IMG/VR virus record: IMGVR_UViG_3300001528_000259
Location: 74,725-138,724 of that record
Length of the DNA stretch: 64,000 nucleotides
Direction: 5' to 3' (one strand)
Origin: a virus
Taxonomy: Duplodnaviria > Caudoviricetes
Shown here: one piece after another, positions 12,601 through 22,340 of the stretch
How the letters are laid out: every line of letters starts with the position of its first letter
Numbering within the stretch: position 1 is the first letter of the stretch
Position numbers and translations under genes: made by a program
The notes under the pieces: model-generated
Seen by the model: the letters and a program-made list of their open reading frames with translations, nothing else
Databases searched by the model: none
What the model was told of the DNA's origin: nothing

Positions 12601-15600
12601 CGACATTAGGCGCTTTAACTGTGCCAATACGCGAAGTACTTTTTTGAATATTATCCAAAACTCCTTTGACCGTTTGAAGTGTACTTTCAAGCGCCCAAGG
12701 AGATTGATTCTGTTCTCCATCATTTTGTTGTGTTTGACGATTAATAACGTTTGCAAAAACTTTATTAAGTGTTGACTCAAGAGATGTTTCGTCAATAGCG
12801 ACTTTATTGTCTGTATTCTCTGTATCTTGAATAACTTTTACATTATACGTGATTGAATTTAGAACATTTTTGAGCTCCTCAGTGTTGACAGAAGACTTAT
12901 CAGACGCATCGCCAATGCCAGTTTTGACATTTGCCAACTGTTCACGAAGTTCTTGAATCATACCACCTTTAATCGTTGATTCTTCGGTTGCTTTGCGAGC
13001 TCGTTCTTCGGCATCTGATATTTGATCATACAATTCTGCTCTTGCTTGTTGATTACGATACGCTTCATCCGCCGCTTCGTCCACTTGTTTTTGAAGACGG
13101 TCTTGTAGTGCAATGTTTTCAGCCTGTAAAGCTTCTACTTTTTTTCTCTCTGATGCAAGTTCCGAAGAAGATGCATCGCCAGCGCTAGAAGAAACGGTCT
13201 CTTGTTGTATGCCTGTGCCATTTTGTGCTTTTGCAGCGTTTAATTCTTCCTGCGCCTTAGTCTCCGCTTTAATTGTTTCCGTATTCTGTTGATGAGCGTC
13301 CGCCTCTTTCTTAACTCGCTCAAAAACAACGTCTTCAATCTCAATTCCGCCATATGTTTCACCATATTCATCGGCAAATTTATAAAGAGATCTTAGTCCT
13401 TTATCATCTGGTAACATCTCGACTTTCTTGCCATTTGCAAGTTTTAAGATAATCTTATCATATGTTTGACCAAATTCCTCAAGAGCCCCATCTGCCGCAT
13501 CTATTTGTTCGCCAAGCTCATAATATCTCTCTTCTTCTTTTGTGCTTAAACCAGAATCCATATCTTTCTGATTTAATTCTTCATATCTATCTCTTTGTCT
13601 TTGAGTTATGTTAGAAGCATATTGATCTGCAATGTCACGCAATAATTCAAGCTTATCTTCCAGCTTACCGTTTTCCTGAGTGATTGTTTCTGCATCATCT
13701 TCTGCAGACGCCTCTGATCTGGCAGATGTATTTTCTTGGATTGCGCTATTTACATCTTGGACTACAGGCAACGTATTTTGAGCCATCTCTTTTAAGTGTG
13801 CCAAATATTCACTAGTAGATTTAAAAACAACCGCCGAATTTTCAATACTCTTGACGTCGGGGTCATAAATTACGCTACCCTGATAATTACCGTCATAACC
13901 TTGATCTCCCGTTGCATTTAAAACACCTTCGTATCCCAATGCTTTCATAAATCTGGTGCCAAAATTATGATGATCCTCAGGAACTTTACCTTGTGCAAAC
14001 AAGTTTGCTATGTTCTCACACTCATTTTTTGCATTCACAACCCATGTATGGAATTGCTCTTTAGTCATCTCAAAATTTGTAAAGAGTTTCGTCGCGACAT
14101 CAAATAACTCATCTTCCGTTAGATCTTCTATTTTGGTCAGTTTAGAGCCGTCCAAAATCGTTCCGTTTCCGACTAATTTTTGCAAACTCGATAAAAATTC
14201 TCGCAAGATTTCGGCTTGTTCAACTGTTTGGTTAACATATAATTTATATTTGCTAGCGTCAAATTCAAAAAACGATACTTTACCATCAGCCAGAAAGGGT
14301 ACCAAATCCTGTGCTCCACTCAAAAGAGAAGCAAATATGCCATCTCCAAATCCCGCAAATTCATCCTCTAATGCATTTTGAATTATTGGTGTATGATTCA
14401 CATCATAGAGTGCATCCGCACTTTGATTTCCAAGCAATGCAGGATTAAATTCGCCTTCGACACGTCGATATAACAATAATTTCTTTTCTGATTCTACCTG
14501 TCGTTCCACTGCCGCAGCAGTCTTTTCTTCTTCAGTGCGTTTCTGTTTTGCAAACTCAGTCGCTTCTCTTTCCGTCTTAGCTTTTAATTCAGAGTCTTCT
14601 CTAGCACGTCTTTCTGTTTCTGCGATTTTATTTGCGTTATTAACATCTTCTGGCGTTGGTCCAAACTGTCCGTCGTTTCCGCCATTGGCAGTACCAACAT
14701 TCTCGCCAATAATTTGACGCAATGATGTTTCTGCAATACTTGCAACAGGAGAAAGTTGATCGTACAGTTCATCATATTTTTTAAGTTTTGCTCTCATATT
14801 ACGGCGTTTTACACCGTCTGATTCATTTTGTACTTTTTCAGCATAATTTTCATATTCTTTTACAAATTTAACCAACCATTGATATTGAGCCTCCCAATCT
14901 TCATTGTTGGATAAAGACTTATCATATCTATTTTTTAGAACTGCCAATGATGCACTTTCTGGAGAATAATTAAGAGCAGAAGATATTTTTTCATTTACTT
15001 TTTCTGCACTCTTTTCTTTTTTTAACATCCTATTGTATGCTTCTTCTATTTCTTTAACTGTTTTTAAAGAAGATTGCAGATTTTCTTGATTTATAATCTC
15101 TGCTTGGTTCTGCTGTAGAGACTTTATTTGTTCATCAATCTGACTGACCTCTACGTCGATATTTTTTATTTGATTTTGATAATACTTATCAAAATTACGT
15201 ACAATTTTATTAAAATCAGCATCCGCTTTGTCAAAAACGTCAGCCGTTGTATCTGAAAGATTAACGAATTCAAAATCAGATAGCAATGTCTTATCTTTAA
15301 CCAAGCCCTTATTACCGTTTATAGTACGGGACATTCTATATAGATTTTCTGCCGCACTTAAAGCCTCAATGAGAGCCGCATTGTATTCTTTTGTTCCTTT
15401 TGTGACTTCACTTAATGCATCTTCTGCCTTAATGAACTCTCCCATTATACGCTGAGCTTGTTCGTCTATGCTTTCAGTGTCAGATATTTTCAACGGTTTA
15501 AACTCGTCATATTCCATCGTTGATAACTCAGACAATCTCTCATATTTGGCATAACGCAAATCGAGTTTTTTGGATTGTTGATTTAATTCATTTTTTCTTT

Positions 15601-16012
15601 TTTGCAAATCATTAAGTTGCGCTATAATATCACGGCTAGCATCCGCAATTCCTTCTTTTACACCAGAAACAATGCCTTGAGCAACGCCATTTCCAATACT
15701 CTGACCTAATTTTCCAGACCCAGCATTAACGCCAGCGGTAATACCGTCTGTAATCGCACTTGCAAACTGAGATACAATACCCTGCAATGTTTTCTCAGAG
15801 AACACAATTTCTTGTTTTCCCATTTGCTTCAATTGGTTGTTAAATTCTTTGGTCAACTCGGTCAGACTATCTGCGTCCGTATCAACCTTCATTTTCAAAA
15901 TATCATTCAGCTCTTGTGCTAATTCTTTTGCATCATTTTTTACAGCGTCTCTATCCAATATAGGTTTAATCGACGCTAACCATTCTGCTTTTCTTGTTGC
16001 CATATTTCTCAC
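2225..16012 (-). CDS. Tail tape measure protein, ~3700 aa after splicing; exons 16012-11019, 9698-4973 and 3607-2225
   Basis: Coiled-coil protein with a TP901-type TMP core (YVKEIDLALTELKKVTD...IVDSFNEVGNRF), hydrophobic Gly/Ala segments and a TMP-type C-terminus (YAKGT...ELVL...GTGVVPA). Spliced junctions read AANEVV|QDPESVGTALKT and LSAERD|LYDFKKNV in frame (4994+4726+1383 = 11103 nt). True start is probably ATG 16003. Confidence 0.9.
3608..4972 (-). mobile_element. Group I intron 2 of the tape measure gene (1365 nt); homing endonuclease in the P9 region
   Basis: 5' exon ends in U. P1 GAU|UAAG pairs with CUUAGUC with a U.G at the splice site. P element AAUUGCUGGGA, Q element AAUCAGCAGC, R element GUUCAACGGCCAU, S element GAGAUGGUCU; ends in G at 3608. 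Confidence 0.88.
3625..4536 (-). CDS. Intron-encoded homing endonuclease: repeated Cys/His zinc modules plus Vsr-like/PD-(D/E)XK C-terminal domain
   Basis: Three HxCxxH/CxxC repeats (HRCLIHNVIW...GCKKC); C-terminal LPFDFYLP...IEYDGEQHF; SD GGAGGTGAGG. Confidence 0.85.
   Translation of the reverse strand: MMSKKKTHEEYVNELKVKNPYVEVIGKYIDANTNIMHRCLIHNVIWETKPSRVLDGHGCKKCRIEKFKTSNTKTQEKYIEEVKLKNPNIEVVGEYVGVKTKILHRCLIHNVIWDALPTNILKGCGCYECLKEKISNKNGTNHNEYVTKLFNINPNIIALEEYVSTEIKIKHKCKICGHEWKVKPGNILAGKGCPKCNESHGEKSIGNYLNINNIAYIPQYTFNDCKDKRMLPFDFYLPVLNICIEYDGEQHFKAIDHFGGEKGLKIRQFHDQIKTDYCQQNNILLLRIKYNENIGEKLHSFIH
4973..9698 (-). CDS. Tape measure protein exon 2
   Basis: Frame of ORF 4970-9619 extends to 9697 (QDPESVGTALKTLTLRLRGSKTELSEMGEDV), continuing the TMP core domain. 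Confidence 0.9.
9699..11018 (-). mobile_element. Group I intron 1 of the tape measure gene (1320 nt); homing endonuclease in the P6 loop
   Basis: Exon GUGGU pairs with GCCAC (P1, U.G at splice site); UUUGU pairs with 3' exon ACAAG (P10); P2 hairpin with GUAA loop; P3 GAUAAC/GUUAUC; R element UCAGAGACUAC, S element AUAUAGUCC; terminal G at 9699. Confidence 0.92.
9918..10889 (-). CDS. Intron-encoded homing endonuclease: CxxC zinc modules plus Vsr-like/PD-(D/E)XK domain
   Basis: Multiple CxxC motifs; LSYDFYLPELNLLIEYQGEQHE; lies between the two halves of intron 1. Likely start ATG 10880. Confidence 0.85.
   Translation of the reverse strand: MKNMQTEKVCQYCGKKYYVAKSQENRSKFCSDKCFRANKNKQIEYNCDYCGKPFMITKSQVDKVETGLKRGLYCCSQCAKDVQKPKWGDICDLFESRGYLLLSSEYINAKTKLEYLCLKHADKGSQFIRYENLRHGYGCKYCGIERTTNSRKLSYDEAKTIFDHNDMILLDQPYINSHTPMQYICKHHPEIGIQYKMLANAYTQRCPYCDVPKGESAIKDFLLKLNQNFISHKTFDDLFGMGGGKLSYDFYLPELNLLIEYQGEQHERPIEVFGGIKQFQTQQEHDKRKREYANQHCMTLLEIWYYDFNNIEQILKQFIKVCA
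11019..16012 (-). CDS. Tape measure protein exon 1
   Basis: 1674-aa ORF whose last nine residues (NLCHVAIVI) are intron read-through; TMP core begins near its end. Confidence 0.9.
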
Positions 16013-16013
16013 C

Positions 16014-16559
16014 TCACTTTCTTATTGATCTTAAGATTTGTTTTCCAACCGAACGCCTAAAGTTTCGGTCAAATGTATAATCATAACTATTAATGAATTT
16101 CTGAATTTCTTCTGCTGGCACAAAAGAACCATAATATTTTTGATCCTCATAATTTCCACCGCCGACAATACTACTTCCGTCTGTGCGAGGATGAATACCA
16201 GCAAGAAAGTTTCCAATAATCCACTCTGCATCTGCTGGTGAGTATATTTTTGATCCATAATATGTATTTTCTATTTTTGACGGATCAAATTCCACACCAG
16301 CAGAACAAATTAACGTATCACCATTTTCGCGTACCGGATTTGAATATGGCACAAAACTTTCCATTAAACTGTAAGTACGATTATAACTAGTTGGATCATA
16401 ATCATCATAGTATCGCACCAAACAAGATACAGTATTACTATACAAATCTTTTTCTGCTTGTTTAGTTGCATCCTCTGCCGCCGTTTTAAATACTTTTTTA
16501 TAATCTTTTAGCATTTCTTCTGCCGCCTCGTCTATAGCTTGTTCCAAAGTTTTCGCCAT
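16014..16559 (-). CDS. Hypothetical tail-module protein
   Basis: 181-aa ORF with SD GGAGGAG, directly upstream of the TMP gene. Confidence 0.55.
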   Translation of the reverse strand: MAKTLEQAIDEAAEEMLKDYKKVFKTAAEDATKQAEKDLYSNTVSCLVRYYDDYDPTSYNRTYSLMESFVPYSNPVRENGDTLICSAGVEFDPSKIENTYYGSKIYSPADAEWIIGNFLAGIHPRTDGSSIVGGGNYEDQKYYGSFVPAEEIQKFINSYDYTFDRNFRRSVGKQILRSIRK

Positions 16560-16581
16560 ACTAACTCCTCCAATTTATTAT

Positions 16582-17157
16582 TTACTTTAATTTATCTAAA
16601 AGCCCAATTAACTGGGACAAGTCTTCCTTTTGAATATCTGTGCCAAGGACGTCTTTCAGATTAAAATCTTCAAACTTTTCTTTTAAAACTGAACCAACTC
16701 CATCAAGTTTTTTCAGTACGCCATCAAGAAAATGCCCAACAAGCACATTTACATTATTATCTTCAAGCTCAGATGCTAGTGCCATCTTTAACAAAACATC
16801 GCACTCCTCATAATCATTCTGAAATTCTGCAATAATCTGTGCTAATAATCCACTTTCAGCAAGCAAATCATAATCTACCACAGGATCTTCGCTCCACTCC
16901 AAATTAGTATGTAACGACAGCGTCGCAATAATGAAGCTCAAATATTGCCCAATCTGGTCATTCTTTTTAATGCCATCAATCTCACGAATATTCTGGGACA
17001 CAACCATTTCCATTGCTTGTTTTTTATCTCTAAAAGGCACATACTTTTTTACCTCAAGCTTTTCTGTAATATATTCACCAATCGCATTAGGTTCACTCTT
17101 TGTATTTATCACATGTGCGTTTTGAAAATCTTTAACAAAATCTTGTATTTTAATCAT
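16582..17157 (-). CDS. Hypothetical protein, possible tail assembly chaperone
   Basis: Acidic helical 191-aa ORF with SD, two genes upstream of the TMP gene; function inferred from position only. Confidence 0.45.
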   Translation of the reverse strand: MIKIQDFVKDFQNAHVINTKSEPNAIGEYITEKLEVKKYVPFRDKKQAMEMVVSQNIREIDGIKKNDQIGQYLSFIIATLSLHTNLEWSEDPVVDYDLLAESGLLAQIIAEFQNDYEECDVLLKMALASELEDNNVNVLVGHFLDGVLKKLDGVGSVLKEKFEDFNLKDVLGTDIQKEDLSQLIGLLDKLK

Positions 17158-17171
17158 AATAATTTCTCCTT

Positions 17172-17555
17172 TTAATCATTTTGATGAGTAATAAACTCAT
17201 TTATTGCATACATATCTGCCACACTCATTTTTAGTTCTTCCAATTCCTCTAATGTGAATCTCACATTAGGCGGTTCAATCTCAACATTGTTGAGTTCCTG
17301 TAGTGTAGCGTTCGCCTCATCAGTCTTATCGGGTATGATTTTAATCATACCATTATCCGTAATAACAATGTTGCCATTGTCATCCTTAATTGAATACGTG
17401 TCAATAATTTCCTGTCTTTTAGTATTAAAAAAAATTTCTTCAGTTTCCGAATCCTTACAAAATCTCATAATTTTGTACGCAAGTTTAGCAGAGATTTTAG
17501 TTTGCGCAAACTGATTAAAAACTTGTATTGCGCCAATAAGTGTACAAATCTTCAT
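17172..17555 (-). CDS. Hypothetical protein (DUF1617-like, follows tail fibre)
   Basis: Probable start MKICTLIG at 17555 after AAGGAG; KLAYKI...RQEIIDTY...DDNG pattern. Confidence 0.55.
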   Translation of the reverse strand: MKICTLIGAIQVFNQFAQTKISAKLAYKIMRFCKDSETEEIFFNTKRQEIIDTYSIKDDNGNIVITDNGMIKIIPDKTDEANATLQELNNVEIEPPNVRFTLEELEELKMSVADMYAINEFITHQND

Positions 17556-17580
17556 AAAAATTTCTCCTTTTATTCCTTTA

Positions 17581-20500
17581 TTATTGTAATTTTGCAACAA
17601 TATCCTCAAGTTCCTGAACGCGCTTTTTAAGTTTTTGTATTTGCCAAGTGTTAAGAGCGATGAACTCCTCATATCGCAATGAACATGTTTCCTCATCGTT
17701 CTCATCTTTTGTTTCAACATATGCTGCAAAGTCCTGTGTAGTTAAACCAGCATTATTTATCGCTTGCAAAACATCTTGGGCTATAAACCCGCTGTGTATT
17801 CTGTTTGATGTCCCGTAATTAAATTTATATGTAACCGGAACAAGCGCGTCATAAAGCACATTATATTTATCAGAAAATGTACTAATAGAGTTCTTTTTGT
17901 TTTTATCTGATATAATTGAACCGCTTGTGTTTCCCGTAATAGTGCCGCTAATGTACAAATCATTTGATCTGACCGACATTTTTACAATCTGATAATTGTT
18001 AGCATTTATTGTACGTAAATTAGTTGTGCCACCATAGTAAAAAGTAATTCCATAATTTGTATACGCAACCGCTGTATTTTGTTCTTGATTACCATTATTA
18101 TCGCCGGAACAAAAAACAATTGATGGTCTAATTGCAGTATTATAATCGAATGTAGATGGGTTTCCTCCCCAATATGAAAATCCATCTCCGCCTATATAAA
18201 CATAATTATCAGCAATAATACCCAATCCTCCAGATCCAGCAAAAGATGAACCACGAGAATAAATACAAGGACTGTTAGCAGAATCACTACCACTACTAAT
18301 ATGAAATGGATAGGTAGTATTTCCAAATGTACCAGTTGCCGCAGATAACGATCCGGCAAATGTTCCGGTTGCTGCGGATAGTGATCCAGCAAATGTGCTT
18401 GAAGCACTAATTGTACCTGTAATATGCGCTGAACGACAATAAAGTTCACCTTTTGTGTTAACTCCAAAATTACTTCCGGCTTTTAGTACCCATCCAGTAC
18501 TTGTATGTCCGGCAATAGTAAAACTAGTTTTACTGCCCGTACACAAAAAAGCGTTAGCACTACTAAAAGATGTGCCATAATAAATTGAATCATCGTTGAT
18601 GGTCCAACCATTAGTTTGACTACCAATATAACCGGTTGTAGCAGTTAATTTACCTGAAATGTCAACCTCAGTAGCAGTTAAACCGGTTGCATCTATTTGA
18701 TCCGCAGTTATACTACCAGTAGCAATATTGGCACCGTTAATTTTTGTGCTTCCGTTTTCTGTTGTTGTAAAAGCCACATTGCCATCCAGTATAATATTCT
18801 TAGCATCTATAGTAATATATGAACTCGAATCATTCTGCCCAAGTACAATACTTGCACCCTCAAGCTCAACACTCTGATCTTGCTCTGTTCCGTTCGTCGT
18901 ATCTGTTCTTTTTGCAACTAAGGTTAAACTGGAACCGTCTCCTCCAGCTTGTTGCTGAAAAGTCGCAACATATTCGCTCCCATCATCATTTTTCCAAAAA
19001 GCGTTATTTGCAATAGTCGCATCAGTATTTGACAACCTATCAGAAAGAGTAATTCCACTTCCTCTTGCATTCACAATTTCCGTATATATACCATCCGCAA
19101 ATTGTCTAACCATGCTTGTAATGCGATTGTTGACATTACCAGCTAAAGTTGCTACCTTAATCCATGTGTCCCCATCTAATATATACAATTCAGCCTCATC
19201 ATACCAATATGCATATGCAGTTCCTGCTGGTTGTGTAGTACCAAACCATACCTTGCCAATCGACTCATCCCATGTTTCACCGTTCCATATATAATAAAAC
19301 CCAGGAGTAAACTCATAGGTTACATCTGTATATGTTTCTGTATGGGTATTTCCCGTTGGTATGTAAATCATGCCTGTTTTTAAGATAGTTTTGGCTTGAT
19401 CCAATGTAAGACCATACGCCTGAGAAAATTCTCCAACGCTATATTTGTCCACAGAAGATAACATTCGACTATATTCTTCTGCATTTTTTGCTATAAGTAG
19501 TTTATTTTCCTCATCTAATGTACTGACAGTTTCCATTTCCGCCTTAGTAGACAGTCCATTTTTAACATACTCCGCAAAATATTCTGCGCCAGTGTTAGTT
19601 TCTCCGGTAACAGGATCAGTATATGACCAGCGGCTGATTGGCTCTACTGTTTGTTCAATCTCATTAGCCCTTGCTAATGCTGCATTTGCTTGATTTACAG
19701 CCTCTGTTCGAGCACTTTCAGCAGACGTTACTGCACTTTCTGCAATGGCTTTTGCCTGAGCAGATATGGTAGCTATATTTTCTACCTGCGTATTCATATT
19801 TCCAACATCCGCAGTGATTTCGTCAACTCTACTTAATGCATCTTGTACCTGATCACTCATTGATGAATTAGAAGATATGCTTTCTTCTGCTTTGTTGTAT
19901 GCTGCCTGAGCAACATTAATTGCAGCCGCGATATTTATTTCGGCACTATCAACACGATCTGCTATTTGCTGTAAATTTTTACCCATTACATCTGTCGTAC
20001 ACGCCTGTACCCCAAGCATAATCACAGCATATTCAATACCATTTTTATTCTCTCTTGCAAATACCCTATATCCGTAATTAGAGGAGGTCTTGGTGGCATA
20101 TCCGCTTTTATTGGATGTGACATAATCTCCAACTTCAACATCTAATTCACAACGAACATCTACAAGTCCAGAAGTTACTATAAGTCCATGTGTATTTTTT
20201 CTTGAATCATTAGCATCTTGACCACCAACAAAACCAGCGGCGTCAACAGACACACCAAAAATATCAACACCATCGCAAATTTTAATAGTTGATGTATTCG
20301 GTACTATACTAACAAAATAACCATATGTATCATATAATGCGTCGTGCCATTCATAATAATTAGCAATATTAACACTATCAGATTGAACTGTTTTAAGTCG
20401 CTCAATTTCATCAAGTTCTGATCGTAATCCCGTAATTGCTTTGATTGGGTGCTGGTCATACTCATCTCTACCATTTAAACTATAATGGCGTGCAGTATCA

Positions 20501-20694
20501 CCACCAACCCATCCAACAGCTTCGGTGGTTTCGACTTCTATTTCTTGAGTGCCTTCAACTTGAACGGACTGGATTTCTTCTTCTGTCTGAACACTTTGCT
20601 CTAAGATTTCTATATTTGAGATAGTTTCAGAAGAATCTTCTGGGACAATATCCAAATACTCCACTGTGCCCAATTCATCTAATTCTTCATCCAT
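17581..20694 (-). CDS. Tail fibre/spike with C-terminal peptidase S74 intramolecular chaperone
   Basis: SDKNKKNSI...SGFIAQDV...LRYEEFIAL followed by coiled coil; GSLSAATGTF repeats; IDGANIATGSITA-type beta repeats. Confidence 0.8.
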   Translation of the reverse strand: MDEELDELGTVEYLDIVPEDSSETISNIEILEQSVQTEEEIQSVQVEGTQEIEVETTEAVGWVGGDTARHYSLNGRDEYDQHPIKAITGLRSELDEIERLKTVQSDSVNIANYYEWHDALYDTYGYFVSIVPNTSTIKICDGVDIFGVSVDAAGFVGGQDANDSRKNTHGLIVTSGLVDVRCELDVEVGDYVTSNKSGYATKTSSNYGYRVFARENKNGIEYAVIMLGVQACTTDVMGKNLQQIADRVDSAEINIAAAINVAQAAYNKAEESISSNSSMSDQVQDALSRVDEITADVGNMNTQVENIATISAQAKAIAESAVTSAESARTEAVNQANAALARANEIEQTVEPISRWSYTDPVTGETNTGAEYFAEYVKNGLSTKAEMETVSTLDEENKLLIAKNAEEYSRMLSSVDKYSVGEFSQAYGLTLDQAKTILKTGMIYIPTGNTHTETYTDVTYEFTPGFYYIWNGETWDESIGKVWFGTTQPAGTAYAYWYDEAELYILDGDTWIKVATLAGNVNNRITSMVRQFADGIYTEIVNARGSGITLSDRLSNTDATIANNAFWKNDDGSEYVATFQQQAGGDGSSLTLVAKRTDTTNGTEQDQSVELEGASIVLGQNDSSSYITIDAKNIILDGNVAFTTTENGSTKINGANIATGSITADQIDATGLTATEVDISGKLTATTGYIGSQTNGWTINDDSIYYGTSFSSANAFLCTGSKTSFTIAGHTSTGWVLKAGSNFGVNTKGELYCRSAHITGTISASSTFAGSLSAATGTFAGSLSAATGTFGNTTYPFHISSGSDSANSPCIYSRGSSFAGSGGLGIIADNYVYIGGDGFSYWGGNPSTFDYNTAIRPSIVFCSGDNNGNQEQNTAVAYTNYGITFYYGGTTNLRTINANNYQIVKMSVRSNDLYISGTITGNTSGSIISDKNKKNSISTFSDKYNVLYDALVPVTYKFNYGTSNRIHSGFIAQDVLQAINNAGLTTQDFAAYVETKDENDEETCSLRYEEFIALNTWQIQKLKKRVQELEDIVAKLQ

Positions 20695-20709
20695 ATATTT
20701 TTCACCGCC

Positions 20710-21099
20710 TTACGTCAAGATTGTTTCGCCGTCAAGAATAACCAGACCTTCTTCATTTGCTGTCGGGAGAACTTGTCGTTCAACTATAAAATCATCAAGC
20801 ATGGGATATACTGTAATTAATTGAGGGCGACTTCCAAAAATTGTGCCACTTGTCGAGCAACATGCTCTAATCTGCACTTTTGCTTTATATTTATCTAAAA
20901 ATCTAGATGTTTCTTCGGCGGTCAAAGAAACGCATAATTCTTTAGAATCGTTCGGCGCACTACAATTTTCCAGATTTTTTGTTATTGGCAAAAGTTCACT
21001 TGGATTATTTGGTTGCCAAAATTTTATTGTGGCCCATTCGAGTTCTGCTTTTGTATACGGTAATTTAAATGTGAATTGTGCAGTTGTTCCACGAATCAT
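20710..21099 (-). CDS. Small tail/baseplate adaptor-like protein
   Basis: MIRGTT..F.F.LP start and VSLTAEET...KVQIR motif typical of small phage BppU-like proteins. Confidence 0.5.
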   Translation of the reverse strand: MIRGTTAQFTFKLPYTKAELEWATIKFWQPNNPSELLPITKNLENCSAPNDSKELCVSLTAEETSRFLDKYKAKVQIRACCSTSGTIFGSRPQLITVYPMLDDFIVERQVLPTANEEGLVILDGETILT

Positions 21100-21123
21100 T
21101 CAAAAACCCCCTTTTATTTTATT

Positions 21124-21153
21124 AAAAAAAATAGGTGGCATTACGCCACCTAT
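21124..21153 (-). terminator. Rho-independent terminator after the endolysin
   Basis: ATAGGTGGC-N5-GCCACCTAT with an A-run on the plus strand, giving a U-tract on the minus strand. Confidence 0.75.
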
Positions 21154-21164
21154 CTCATTGATAT

Positions 21165-21995
21165 TTACGCTTTTTTAATTGCGTCTGCATAAACCTTACC
21201 GGTATAGACAGGTACCGTCTTGTATGTACTTAGTACATAAACATATTTTCCATTTTTCTTCTGAATCTCTCTTACGAACAGAGTCTTTTTCATAACCCAT
21301 TTTGGAATTGATTTACCAGTCCACCAAGTGGCACCATCAGCAATTTTAACTTTGTCGCCTTTTTCAAAAACAACAACCTCATCTTCTTTTTCTTCAACCG
21401 GATGTAACAATTTGTCAACATCCGCTCTAAAATTATCCATCGTCAGCCCAAACTTTTTCAGCCAGTGGTCGCAGTCTGCATGATTCGACGCATAGCCTTT
21501 TTTGCATGCTTCCTTGTGTGAAACAATTACCGAGGCTTCCCATCCCCACCGCCGACAAATATCTGCGCAGAGCGAAACGGCGGCGTTATAGCATTCCCTG
21601 AAATAAGTTTCGTCTGTAAGCCCGTCCTCACATATCTCAAATTGAATATGTGCTACCGGAGGATAGTTATAGGAGCCCTTCTTTCCGCTCCCTACGCCCC
21701 ACGCACATATCTCTTCAGGGAGCAGATGTGCAATACCTACCGTACCATCTACTAACTTTCCTATCATATAATGCACTGCTTTGCTAATATCTCTATTCCA
21801 GTGGTTTCCGTAACGATTTTTACCGATTATAGACAAAAGCTCATCTCTGTTCTTGTCGTCCTTGGAGGGTTGCACATAGCGTGCCAAAGCCGTCTGATTT
21901 GCACCGGTAGAGTGAACGACAATCCCAATGGGATTTGCCTTCTGTGCCGTCTTATAACACCTTGATTCGGTATGAATGCATTCTATAATCTTCAT
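21165..21995 (-). CDS. Endolysin, N-acetylmuramoyl-L-alanine amidase (Amidase_2) with C-terminal wall-binding domain
   Basis: IVVHSTG, AVHY, FEICE, SHKE and NHADC motifs; adjacent to holin. Confidence 0.85.
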   Translation of the reverse strand: MKIIECIHTESRCYKTAQKANPIGIVVHSTGANQTALARYVQPSKDDKNRDELLSIIGKNRYGNHWNRDISKAVHYMIGKLVDGTVGIAHLLPEEICAWGVGSGKKGSYNYPPVAHIQFEICEDGLTDETYFRECYNAAVSLCADICRRWGWEASVIVSHKEACKKGYASNHADCDHWLKKFGLTMDNFRADVDKLLHPVEEKEDEVVVFEKGDKVKIADGATWWTGKSIPKWVMKKTLFVREIQKKNGKYVYVLSTYKTVPVYTGKVYADAIKKA

Positions 21996-22321
21996 TCTCC
22001 ATCCTCCTCATCATATCCGTTATTAATTTTTTCTTCATATTCGTTTTTCTCGCTTTCAGCAAGCTGTTTATATACTTGATTGACTCCTGTCGCCGCAAGC
22101 CCAGACACGATACCCACGGCTATTGCTGTAAGAATGTCTCTCGCAGGGAAATCAGGCATGATAAACATGCCAATTACACCAAGGATGCCACCAAGCACCC
22201 CATTTATTAGAGGTATCCATTTGTTATTAATTTTTGATGCCTTTATTGCCATCGATGAAAGATAGCAAATAACAGTTATTGCACTAACACCAGCAATATC
22301 TATTGTTTCCATAATTATCAA
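21992..22321 (-). CDS. Holin
   Basis: Three hydrophobic segments; NKWIPLI...GIVSGLAATGVNQVYKQ; charged tail; overlaps the endolysin start. Confidence 0.85.
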   Translation of the reverse strand: MIIMETIDIAGVSAITVICYLSSMAIKASKINNKWIPLINGVLGGILGVIGMFIMPDFPARDILTAIAVGIVSGLAATGVNQVYKQLAESEKNEYEEKINNGYDEEDGE

Positions 22322-22340
22322 TTATAACTCCTTTCCCATA

